In this document: positions 28,479 through 37,383 of the stretch, piece by piece
Position numbering within the stretch: position 1 is the stretch's first letter
How the letters are laid out: every line of letters begins with the position of its first letter
Source: Coriobacteriia bacterium
GTDB lineage: Bacteria; Actinomycetota; Coriobacteriia; Coriobacteriales; UMGS124
DNA: 64,000 nt
Direction of reading: 5' to 3'
NCBI GenBank assembly: GCA_963930185.1
Contig: CAWVLT010000016.1
Location: forward strand, 128,879-192,878
The notes under the pieces: model-generated
What the model was told of the DNA's origin: nothing
What the model saw: only the letters and a program-made list of their open reading frames with translations
Database searches by the model: none
Program-made: the position numbers and the translations under genes

Positions 28479-30245
28479 ATGGGGCACATGCAAGAGAAGC
28501 AAACAGGTCAAGAGGAGCGGAGAAACCAGAGCGACGCGTCACAAGACGTGTGCCGCAGCCCTCGTGTGCAGCGTCCTAAACAAGCAGATCAGCTAGCGCG
28601 GAAAGACGCAAGTACCCTCCAGAAACTCACAGGCGACCTCAAGCAGCTGCGTCTGCGCCATCTGGGATTCGCCTTCTTCTTCGCGTGGATGTCGATGTTC
28701 ATGCATGGACCCCAGCTCATCCTTGGCACCTGGGACGGCAGTGCGCAACCCATGATGACGGAGCACGCCTCGTTTGTCCCCCTTGCCACGCTGACCGTCG
28801 CGTCGGCGCTCACCATGCTGTTCTACGGCATCGCGAGGAACGTCCGTCCGCCGATAAGCCTGCGCAGGAGCACTCGGGCTTCCGCATCCGCCCTGATCAT
28901 CATCGGGACAGTCCTCAGCAGCCTGAGCATTGCGACTGGCATGTGGATCGCCAATCTTCTGCCTCTCCCAGCCAGCAGCGCGTCGCTCATCGCATCCGCC
29001 ATGGCATCGGCAGCCTCGGCGATAGCCGGCGTCGGCATGGCCAAGACCATGGTGATGTGGGGCGAGTTCTACGGCTGCATTGGCTCTCGGAGAGCTTCGG
29101 TATACATCTGCGCGTCGGTGTTCCTCTCCTCTGCGCTCTACTACCTCACCGCCTATCTGTCACCCATCCCCAGACTCGTTGCCATATGCCTGTATCCCGT
29201 GCTCTCGATGGCCCTGCTCACAAAGAACCAGCCTGAGATAGACATCTGGTACTCCGGCTCGCTGGGCCAGGAGGGCGGGGCCGGCACCTCCGACCCAAAC
29301 GGGCCACGTCGCAACCCCCTGCCCACAAAGATTCTCGTGTGCGCGGCGCTGTACGGCGCGGTTTCGGGTCTGGTCGCAGGCTCCTCGCTCATCTTTGACG
29401 CCGCGGCGGGCGTCACCGACAGCCCACAGGCCCAGCAAGCCAGCAGCATCGACCCCATCGCGGGAATGGTGGTGGCGGTCCTGCTTCTTCTGGGCATCGC
29501 CCTGTTTGGAAGCAGCATCGATCGAGGCTTCACCTACCGGCCGACGATCCTCATCATGGTGGTGGGCTGCGCCCTCCTGCCCTTTGCCGGGGGACTCCAC
29601 GGCCAGATCGCAACGGCAATCGTCGGCGGGGGCTACATGTTCTTCTACGCGCTCTCGTGGATCCTGTACTCAGACATTGCCTACCGGGCGAAAATTCCCG
29701 GCCACCGGGTCTTCTCCTGGGGCCGCGTGGCGGGAGCGGGAGGGTATGCCGCCGGCATGGCGGTCAGCGCCGCATGCTCGCGGATGCTTGGCTTCGAGGT
29801 ATTCACCCCCACGCTTGTAGCGTTCATAACCATGGGACTGCTCGTGCTCACCGCAGTCTTCGTCCTTGACGAGAAGGACGTGCTCAGCGGCTGGGGAAAG
29901 CTCAAAGATATCAGTCCAGAAAAGGCGGGTCAGCAGGCATCCGATCGCGTCTGCGATGCAAATAAGCGTCAGGAAAGCCCGAATGCCGTAATCTCCCGTG
30001 CATTCGCTGACCAGCAGCTCACCAAGCGAGAGTGCGAGATTCTCATTCACCTGCTCAAGGGCCGCAGCCTCCCACGCATCGGCGAGGACCTGGGCATCGC
30101 CTATACGACTGTGAACAGCCACGTCGCCAGCATCTATGCAAAGTGCGGGGTCCACTCTCGCCAGGAACTCATCGACATGGCAGAGGCCCTTGTCGAACAA
30201 ACGAGTGACGAATTATACGAGACGAGGTGCCAGTCGGCCTCATAG
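28479..30245 (+). CDS. Multi-TM LuxR-family transcriptional regulator (LuxR-E)
   Basis: A polytopic membrane domain is followed by LTKRECEILIHLLKGRSLPRIGEDLGIAYTTVNSHVASIYAKCGVHSRQELIDMA. Upstream of reductase E on the same strand. Exact start uncertain. Confidence 0.85.
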   Translation: MGHMQEKQTGQEERRNQSDASQDVCRSPRVQRPKQADQLARKDASTLQKLTGDLKQLRLRHLGFAFFFAWMSMFMHGPQLILGTWDGSAQPMMTEHASFVPLATLTVASALTMLFYGIARNVRPPISLRRSTRASASALIIIGTVLSSLSIATGMWIANLLPLPASSASLIASAMASAASAIAGVGMAKTMVMWGEFYGCIGSRRASVYICASVFLSSALYYLTAYLSPIPRLVAICLYPVLSMALLTKNQPEIDIWYSGSLGQEGGAGTSDPNGPRRNPLPTKILVCAALYGAVSGLVAGSSLIFDAAAGVTDSPQAQQASSIDPIAGMVVAVLLLLGIALFGSSIDRGFTYRPTILIMVVGCALLPFAGGLHGQIATAIVGGGYMFFYALSWILYSDIAYRAKIPGHRVFSWGRVAGAGGYAAGMAVSAACSRMLGFEVFTPTLVAFITMGLLVLTAVFVLDEKDVLSGWGKLKDISPEKAGQQASDRVCDANKRQESPNAVISRAFADQQLTKRECEILIHLLKGRSLPRIGEDLGIAYTTVNSHVASIYAKCGVHSRQELIDMAEALVEQTSDELYETRCQSAS

Positions 30246-30432
30246 GTTTCATACGAGCGTCCCATCTAACCCAGGCGCGCCAGACAGCTCCGCGCATGGA
30301 GGCAAAATCGTATGCTTCATACCATCCGCTGCGGGCTATCGTGCGTTTCAATTGTCTTTGCACGCAGGCCGACGCGGAACGCCGAAAGCACCGCAAGCCG
30401 CCTGCAATCCAAAGACTGAAAGGGGACCGATC

Positions 30433-31953
30433 ATGAGCACCACTTGCACGCGCCGCGACCTCGTCGCCGGCGGAGCGGCTTGCGCCCTCGGCACCGCCGC
30501 CCTCACGATGGCAGGCAACGCACTCGCAGAGGAAAGCGCCACCAGCCCCGACATCACGTGGGACATGGAGGCCGATCTCGTCGTCGTTGGCTCGGGCGGT
30601 GGCGTCGCCGGTGCCATCACGGCCGCCGAGGCTGGCCTTGAGGTCATCGTTCTTGAGAAGCTCGACATCCTGGGCGGCTCTTGCGCCATGCACAGCGGCG
30701 TCGTGGCCTGTGGTGGCGGCACGTCGCTGCAGCAGGAAGCTGGCATCGAGGATACGCCTGAGCAGTACTTCGACTATCTGATGGCATGCGCCAAGGGACA
30801 GGCCAACGAGGCACTCGTCAAGGCGATCGCCAACGAGGTGCCCCAGAACTTCGAGTGGCTGCGTGGCCTGGGCGTTCCCTTCACCACCGAGTGGTTGTAT
30901 TACACCGGTCCGGAAGAGGAGCCCTACTGCACGGCCGTGACTCCCGCCGTCAAGCACGGAGCCCAGTGCCCGCCCGATGAGGAGCACCCGCTCACCGGCC
31001 CGGTCATCCACGGGTACGTGATCGACGAGGCCGAGGCCCAGGGCGTCCAGATCATCCCCGGCACGGCCGCGAAGCACCTCATCACCAACGAGGCCGGCGA
31101 GGTCATCGGCGTGATCGCCGACCAGGGTGGCACCGCGATCAATGTCAAGGCACGCAAGGGCGTCATCCTCAACGCGGGTGGCATGTGCAACAACCCCGAG
31201 ATGCTCGCCCAATACATGCGCTTCGGCGCGATGCGCATCGCGGCAGGCACGCAGGGCGCCACGGGCGACGGCATCAAGATGGGTCAGGAGATCGGCGCCG
31301 ACGTGGTGAACATGCACGAGTCGCTCGTCTCGCTCAACACCCCCGTCGACTTTGGCACCACGACACGCGGCAAGCCTCGTGATTGCTTCCCCAGCATCCT
31401 GGTCAACAAGTACGGCCAGCGTTTCGTGAACGAGGACTACCACTCCGACACCGTTGGCAAGCTTGCCCAAGGGCAGGAAGACGGCTACGTCTATCAGATC
31501 TTCGACACCGTGGGCTACGAATCGGCGGCCGAGGCCGACCGCGAGGCACTTGCCCAGGCCGACACCATCGAGGAGCTTGCCGAGCAGCTTGGCATCCAGG
31601 CAAGCGGACTCGCCGCCACCCTGGAGCAGTGGAACGCAAGCGCCGCCAACGGCGAGGATCCCATGTTCGGCAAGACGGGTGGCACCGTCGCCCCGCTGAA
31701 CCCGCCGTTCTATGGCCAGCAGGTGTGGGCATACGCCTTGGTTGCTCACTTCGGCGGCCTCAAGGTCAATGAGAAGTGCAACGTCATCAACGTCTTTGGC
31801 GAGCCGATCCCTCGCCTGTACGCCTGCGGCATCGACGCCGGCGGCTGGATGGGCCGTCAGTATCCCGGCAGCGGCACGGCCGTGGGTGGCTCCTACTCGA
31901 TGGCGCGCATTGCCGCACGTGAGATCATCGCGCTGGAAAGCTGGGAGGCGTAA
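30433..31953 (+). CDS. Tat-exported FAD-dependent oxidoreductase, fumarate reductase family (reductase E)
   Basis: ATG 30433 follows GAAAGGGGA. MSTTCTRRDLVAGGAACALGTAALTMAGNALA (Tat signal); DLVVVGSGGGVAGAITAAEAGLEVIVLEK; C-terminal IPRLYACGIDAGG. The 99-codon extension in the track ORF overlaps LuxR-E and looks non-coding. Confidence 0.85.
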   Translation: MSTTCTRRDLVAGGAACALGTAALTMAGNALAEESATSPDITWDMEADLVVVGSGGGVAGAITAAEAGLEVIVLEKLDILGGSCAMHSGVVACGGGTSLQQEAGIEDTPEQYFDYLMACAKGQANEALVKAIANEVPQNFEWLRGLGVPFTTEWLYYTGPEEEPYCTAVTPAVKHGAQCPPDEEHPLTGPVIHGYVIDEAEAQGVQIIPGTAAKHLITNEAGEVIGVIADQGGTAINVKARKGVILNAGGMCNNPEMLAQYMRFGAMRIAAGTQGATGDGIKMGQEIGADVVNMHESLVSLNTPVDFGTTTRGKPRDCFPSILVNKYGQRFVNEDYHSDTVGKLAQGQEDGYVYQIFDTVGYESAAEADREALAQADTIEELAEQLGIQASGLAATLEQWNASAANGEDPMFGKTGGTVAPLNPPFYGQQVWAYALVAHFGGLKVNEKCNVINVFGEPIPRLYACGIDAGGWMGRQYPGSGTAVGGSYSMARIAAREIIALESWEA

Positions 31954-32052
31954 GGGGGCGTCGGCGCCCCCGAGTTCAAGCCACTGATTACGGCGAGCAG
32001 GGTCAGGCACGCGGGTGAGGCAAGGTGCCCATCAACCGGCCCGAAACACACG

Positions 32053-32089
32053 GGGGGCGGTTTCCGGGGATTACCCGGGAACCGCCCCC
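32053..32089. terminator. Hairpin between convergent reductase E and SBP1 (possible bidirectional terminator)
   Basis: GGGGGCGGTTTCCGGG-GATTA-CCCGGGAACCGCCCCC has one mismatch in 16 bp. There is no clean T-tract on either side. Confidence 0.45.
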
Positions 32090-32140
32090 GTCGTGCTCTA
32101 TCGCAGCATCGCCGTTATGGCATCAGGCCATCAGAAACCC

Positions 32141-33751
32141 CTACGCCTGCCACTCGGCGTAGGTCCACTCCTCCCAGCCCCACTTGTCGGTGCCGTCGTT
32201 GGGCACGTTGACGAGGTTGGCGGCGTAGCCGTCGTACAGCGTGCTGTTGCACAGCGGCAGGTAGGGCAGGTCCTGGGCCAGGATGGCCTGGGCCTGCTTG
32301 TAGAGCTCCTGGCGCTGGGCGTCGTCGGCCGTGGCGTTGGCCTGCTGGCACAGCTCGTCGAACTCCGGGTTGCTGTAGCTGCCGTAATTCGAGGCAAAGC
32401 CGGTACCCAGGCAGCGCATCAGGGCGTAGGCGTCCGGGCCCATGAAGCCGCTCTGCAGCTCGATGTCAAAGTCCTTCTGCAGAGTCACCTTGTCAGAGAA
32501 GGCGTTGACCTCCGACATGATGACCTCGCAGGGCAGGCCGATCTGGGTCATCGAGTCGGCAATGAGCTTGGCGCACTCGTCGTAGCCGTTGCCCGAGAAG
32601 GCGTCCAGCGTGAAGCCGGTGATGTAGTTGCCGTCGGCGTCGGCCACGTAGCCGGCGTCCTCCAGCACCTTCTTGGCGCCCTCGGGGTCGTAGGCCGGGG
32701 CCACGTCCACGCTGTTGGAATAGTCGGCATACAGCGAGGGGTAGAAGGCGACCTCGGGGGCCTGCAGGCCGGAGAAGGCCTTGGCCGACAGGGCGTCGCG
32801 GTCGATGCACATGGCGATGGCGCGGCGCACGTTCACGTCGTCCAGGTGGCGCTCGGTGCGCGTGAGGTTGAAGATGATGCGCGCGGGCGAGGGATAGTTG
32901 TTCGGGACGACCTTGAGCGAGGGCTCGGCCTGCAGCTGGGCCACGCTGGCCGTCGGGATGGTCTGCAGGTAGTCCACCTCGGCGTTGATCAGGGCCTGCA
33001 CGCTCGTGGCGTCATCGGAGATGATGGAGTAGACCAGATTCTTGATGGCCGGGACGTGGTAGTACTCCTCGTTAGCCACCAGCGTGATGGACTGGCCCTG
33101 GCGATACTCGCCCAAGCGATAGGGGCCCGAGGTCACGGGAGTGCCCATGAGCTGGGCCGCGTCGTTGTCCATCCAGTCGACGCCCTCGACGTTGTAGATG
33201 TGCTCGGGCAGGATGAAGCCCGCGTACCAGCCGATCACGCTCACGATGGACATGTCGGGCTGGGCCATGTTGAAGACCACGGTGTAGTCGTCGGGCGCCT
33301 CGAAGCTTTCCACCGTCTGCAGGTTGGCGCTCAGGTAGTAGGCCGGGTTGTCCTTGATAGTCTGGAACGTGTACACCACGTCAGCCGAGGTCAAGGGTTC
33401 GCCGTCGCTCCACTTGAGGTCCTGGCGCAGGTGGAAGGTGATGGTCAGGCCGTCCTCGGAGGTCTCCCAGCTCTCGGCGGCGTCGGGGATGGCCTTCTTG
33501 GAGGCGTCGAGCTTGGTCAGGCGGTGGAACATGTTCTGGCACATGGCGTACGCGTTGTCGTCGGCCGTGGTAGAGGGGCACCAGCTCATGGGATCGCCGG
33601 TGTGCTTGATGATGACCGTGCTGCTCGCCTCGTCGGCGGCGAGCACCTGGCCGGGCCTGATTCCCGCAATTGCCAGCGCCGCAACGCCGGCCACGCCCAG
33701 CCCAACGAACTCGCGGCGCGAAAGACTTCTGTTTGTCTGCTCGTTCTCCAT
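32141..33751 (-). CDS. Family-5 (peptide/nickel/opine type) ABC substrate-binding protein with Tat-type signal (SBP1)
   Basis: ATG 33751 follows GAAGAAGGAG. MENEQTNRSLSRREFVGLGVAGVAALAIAGIRPGQVLAADE, followed by an SBP_bac_5-like body (..AESWETSEDGLTITFHLRQDLKWSDGEPLTSADVVYTF..). No permease or ATPase genes are adjacent. Confidence 0.85.
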   Translation of the reverse strand: MENEQTNRSLSRREFVGLGVAGVAALAIAGIRPGQVLAADEASSTVIIKHTGDPMSWCPSTTADDNAYAMCQNMFHRLTKLDASKKAIPDAAESWETSEDGLTITFHLRQDLKWSDGEPLTSADVVYTFQTIKDNPAYYLSANLQTVESFEAPDDYTVVFNMAQPDMSIVSVIGWYAGFILPEHIYNVEGVDWMDNDAAQLMGTPVTSGPYRLGEYRQGQSITLVANEEYYHVPAIKNLVYSIISDDATSVQALINAEVDYLQTIPTASVAQLQAEPSLKVVPNNYPSPARIIFNLTRTERHLDDVNVRRAIAMCIDRDALSAKAFSGLQAPEVAFYPSLYADYSNSVDVAPAYDPEGAKKVLEDAGYVADADGNYITGFTLDAFSGNGYDECAKLIADSMTQIGLPCEVIMSEVNAFSDKVTLQKDFDIELQSGFMGPDAYALMRCLGTGFASNYGSYSNPEFDELCQQANATADDAQRQELYKQAQAILAQDLPYLPLCNSTLYDGYAANLVNVPNDGTDKWGWEEWTYAEWQA

Positions 33752-33917
33752 GCTTGGCAACTCCTTCTTCTCTGCTCGCGGCCTTGCGTCCGCAATCTCT
33801 CGGCCCACGGCCGCCAGGCCCGCGCCGCCCACGCACGCGCCCACGCACACCAATCCGGCTGATTGCGAAAGACGCGGCTCATAAGCGGGGCAGGCTCGGT
33901 CCGCCTCCCGGCCTCCC

Positions 33918-33955
33918 AGAAAAGCAGAAGGGGACGCACCAGGCGGCGCGTCCCC
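33918..33955 (-). terminator. Rho-independent terminator between SBP2 and SBP1
   Basis: The minus strand reads GGGGACGC-GCCGCCTGGT-GCGTCCCC followed by TTCTGCTTTTCT. Confidence 0.6.
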
Positions 33956-34130
33956 TCGGCTTGCTGTAGCATGATACGACTTTAACGGTAGGAATTGCGG
34001 CGAGAACCGCCTGCCGTCGCAACCCACGCGCCGTCATCATAGAACCGCGAGCCAACCGGCCAGCAGAGCGGTCACGACCCAGACCGGCAGGCGCTGACCC
34101 GCAGCCTGGACACGTCCGGCGCTCGGTGCC

Positions 34131-35741
34131 CTACGCCTGCCACTCGGCGTAGGTCCACTCCTGCCAGCCCCACTTGTCGGTGCCGTCGTTGGGCACGTTG
34201 ATGAGGTTGGCGGCGTAGCCGTCATAGCTCATGCTCGCGCACAGCGGCAGGTAGGGCAGGTCCTGGGACAGGATGGTCTGGGCCTGCTTGTAGAGCTCGG
34301 CGCGCTGGGCGTCGTCGCCCGTGGAGTTGGCCTGGGTGCACAGCTCGTCGAACTCGGGGTTGCTGTAGCCGCCGTAGTTGGAGCCGAAGCCCGTGCCAAA
34401 GCAGCGCATGAGCGCATATGCGTCCGGGCCCATGAAGCCGGTCTGCAGCTCGATGTCGAAGTCGCGCTGCTGCGACACCTTGTCGCTCCAGGCGCTGGGC
34501 TCGGAGATGATGACCTCGCACTGCAGGCCGATCTCGCTCATCGAGGAGGCGATGAGCTTGGCGCACTCGTCGTAACCATTGCCGGAGAACGCGTCGATGG
34601 TAAGGCCGGTGATGTAGTTGCCGTCGGCGTCCGCGGTGTAGCCGGCGTCCTCGAGGACCTTCTTGGCGCCCTCGGGATCATAGGCCGGGGCCACGTCCAC
34701 GTCGTTGGAGTACTCGGCGTACAGCGAGGGGTAGAAGTGGGTCTCGGGCGGCATGATGCCGGAGTAGGCCTTGGCCGACAGCGCGTCGCGGTCGATGCAC
34801 ATGGCGATGGCGCGGCGCACGTTCACGTCATCGAGGTGACGCTCGGTGCGGGTGAGGTTGAAGATCATGCGCGCGGGCGAGGGGTACTCGTTGGGCACGA
34901 CCTTGAGCGAGGGCTCGGCCTGCAGCTGGGCCACGTTGGGCGTGGGCAGCGTGTCGCGGTAGTCGATCTCGGCGTTGAGCAGGGCCTGGACCGCCGTCGA
35001 GTCGTCGCTGATGATGGAGTAGATAAGCGTCTTGATGGCCGGCACGTGGTAGTACTCTTCGTTGGCCACCAGCGTGATGGACTGGCCCTGGACGTACTCG
35101 GCCAGCTTGTAGGGGCCAGAGGTCACGGGGATGTTCGTGACCAGGCCAGCCTCGTTGTCCATCCAGCTCACGCCCTCCACGTCATAGATGTGCTTGGGCA
35201 GGATGAAGCCAGCGTACCAGCCAATGGTACTCACGATGGACATGTCGGGCTGGGCCATGTGGAAGACCAGCGTGTAGTCGTCCAGGACCTCGAAGCTCTC
35301 AACCGTCTGCAGGTTGGCGCTCAGGTAGTACTCGGGCGTGTCACGGATGGTCTGGAACGTGTAGGCGGCATCCTCGGCCGTCAGCGGCTCGCCGTCCGTC
35401 CACTTGAGGTCCTGGCGCAGGTGGAAGGTGATGGTCAGGCCGTCATCGGAGGTCTCCCAGCTCTCGGCGGCGTCGGGGATGGCCTTCTTGGAGGCGTCGA
35501 GCTTGGTGAGGCGGTGGAACATGTTCTGGACCATGTTGTAGGAGCCGTCGTCGGCGATGGTCGACGGGCACCAGCTCTTGGGATCGGTCTTGGCGGACAC
35601 GATGACCGTGCTGCTCGCCTCGTCGGCGGCAAGCACCTGGCCGGGCTTGACGCCGGCCACGGCGAGGCCGGCGAGCGCGGCGGCGGACAGACCGACGAAC
35701 TCGCGGCGAGAGAGCCCTTCCTGACTCTGCAGTTCCTTCAT
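34131..35741 (-). CDS. Family-5 ABC substrate-binding protein with Tat-type signal (SBP2, paralog of SBP1)
   Basis: ATG 35741 follows AAAGGAGAAAG. MKELQSQEGLSRREFVGLSAAALAGLAVAGVKPGQVLAADE. Collinear with and highly similar to SBP1. Confidence 0.85.
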   Translation of the reverse strand: MKELQSQEGLSRREFVGLSAAALAGLAVAGVKPGQVLAADEASSTVIVSAKTDPKSWCPSTIADDGSYNMVQNMFHRLTKLDASKKAIPDAAESWETSDDGLTITFHLRQDLKWTDGEPLTAEDAAYTFQTIRDTPEYYLSANLQTVESFEVLDDYTLVFHMAQPDMSIVSTIGWYAGFILPKHIYDVEGVSWMDNEAGLVTNIPVTSGPYKLAEYVQGQSITLVANEEYYHVPAIKTLIYSIISDDSTAVQALLNAEIDYRDTLPTPNVAQLQAEPSLKVVPNEYPSPARMIFNLTRTERHLDDVNVRRAIAMCIDRDALSAKAYSGIMPPETHFYPSLYAEYSNDVDVAPAYDPEGAKKVLEDAGYTADADGNYITGLTIDAFSGNGYDECAKLIASSMSEIGLQCEVIISEPSAWSDKVSQQRDFDIELQTGFMGPDAYALMRCFGTGFGSNYGGYSNPEFDELCTQANSTGDDAQRAELYKQAQTILSQDLPYLPLCASMSYDGYAANLINVPNDGTDKWGWQEWTYAEWQA

Positions 35742-36309
35742 GCTACTTTCTCCTTTGTGTCGCATGGACATGCCTAGGACGTGCCTCGCGCGCCCGATCC
35801 GCCCAACGGGCCAACCACCCACACTCGAACGGTGGCACCAAGGGGCGGACAGGGCGAACACCAATAGCAGGCACCGTCCATTGTAGGCCATTCCGCACCG
35901 TATCGATTAATGAACCTGAAATAGCATGTACCTTTCTTTTCACACTGGCACGCCAACTTACTCATCAAACCAGCAGCCTACGGACATAATCAGCGAGCTG
36001 GAACAGAACACGCTATTTCTTAGGAAATATTGTTATATAGGACGTGGCCCGAGCAGCTTGCCGTGCGCAGGCAATAGGTACGACGATCGTGCAGGGCCAT
36101 ACGCCGACAGAGTTTGCGCATCCCTGATAGCACGGGCGGGTGTTACCATATGGCGAAGTGGAGGCGTTAGGCGTTGTCGCGCCGTAGGGTGCCGCCGATT
36201 GGGCATGTAGGGCAGCAAACGCGCGGGCTGGCCCTGCAGGGCGATCCCAGGTGAGACGACCGCACGACCGTGAGGCAATCGCGCGTTGATCGCACATCAG
36301 GAGGCCGCG

Positions 36310-37383
36310 ATGGATGAGGCTCAGACCAGTACATACCCGCCCGCGTGTTCGACGGCACGCCCGTGCACCCCCAACGCCACGCATGCACCCGATGCAAATG
36401 AGACGAAGAGTGTGACCAGACGGGAGTTCTCCCTACCCTCGGCCGACGGCGCGACCACGATCAAGGGCGACCTCTGGCTGCCAGACGAGCGTCCGACACC
36501 CGCCCGGGCCATCGTCCAACTCGTCCACGGCATGGCCGAGCACATCGGACGCTATGACGAGTTCGCCCGCCATCTGGCCTCGCTCGGGTACGTCGTGGCG
36601 GGACACGACCACTTGGGACACGGACGCAGCGTCGATTCGCCCGAGTCCTGGGGCGTGCTGGAGCCAAACGCCGGGGCCGAGCACCTCATCGCCGACGTCG
36701 AGCAGGTGCGCTCCATGCTCGACAAGCGCTTCGGGAACATGCCGCACGTGATGTTCGGGCACTCGATGGGGTCGTTCGTGCTGCGCGCCTTCTTGGGTAT
36801 GCATGGCAACGGCCTCGCAGGCGCCATCGTCTGCGCAACCGGCTGGCAGCCCGGGGCGGCCCTGGCGTTCGGCCGCGCGGCCACGACCGTCATCGGCAAA
36901 ACGCTCGGGTGGAGCCACCGCCCGCGCCTTGTCGACGGGATGGCAATTGGGGCCTACGCGCGCAGGTTCGCGTCCGAGGAGGGAGGCAGGCTCGCGTGGA
37001 TCTCGCGGGATCCGGCGACGCATCGCGCGTACGAGGCCGACCCCGCCTGCGGGTTCACCTTCTCGGCGGCAGCATACCACGAGCTGTTCAGGCTCATCGG
37101 CATGGCGCAGGACCCAAAGATCGTGCGCGGCATGCCCGCAAACATGCCCGTCCTGCTGATCTCGGGCACGGCCGACCCGGTTGGCTCAATGGGGCGCGCA
37201 ACCCCCAAGGTCGCCGACCTCATGCGCGCGTGCGGCGTGCGCGACGTCGAGGTAACGATGTACCCGGGCGCACGCCACGAGCTGCTCAATGAGACGAACC
37301 GCATCCAGGTCATGGCCGACATAACCAGCTGGCTCGCACAAAAGAGCATTTCCCAGGCGAACACCAAGGAGAACCAGCGATGA
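36310..37383 (+). CDS. Alpha/beta hydrolase (lysophospholipase / monoacylglycerol lipase-like)
   Basis: ATG 36310 follows AGGAGG. HG oxyanion motif (VQLVHGMAEH), nucleophile elbow GHSMGS and a C-terminal His region (YPGARHELLNE). The stop overlaps the glpK start (ATGA). Confidence 0.8.
   Translation: MDEAQTSTYPPACSTARPCTPNATHAPDANETKSVTRREFSLPSADGATTIKGDLWLPDERPTPARAIVQLVHGMAEHIGRYDEFARHLASLGYVVAGHDHLGHGRSVDSPESWGVLEPNAGAEHLIADVEQVRSMLDKRFGNMPHVMFGHSMGSFVLRAFLGMHGNGLAGAIVCATGWQPGAALAFGRAATTVIGKTLGWSHRPRLVDGMAIGAYARRFASEEGGRLAWISRDPATHRAYEADPACGFTFSAAAYHELFRLIGMAQDPKIVRGMPANMPVLLISGTADPVGSMGRATPKVADLMRACGVRDVEVTMYPGARHELLNETNRIQVMADITSWLAQKSISQANTKENQR

Noticed and set aside
30169-32010. 613-aa minus-strand ORF opposite reductase E
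   Set aside because: Same antisense artefact. The plus-strand frame carries the Tat signal and FAD motifs.
32015-35777. 615-aa and 346-aa plus-strand ORFs opposite SBP1 and SBP2
   Set aside because: They are antisense to genes with a clear family-5 SBP sequence. Their composition is repetitive Gly/Val/Asp/His/Arg-rich.
36010-36309. Possible riboswitch or structured leader upstream of the hydrolase-glpK operon
   Set aside because: It is GC-rich and foldable, but I could not match it to any riboswitch consensus I know (B12, TPP, FMN, SAM, glycine, c-di-GMP). I left it unannotated.
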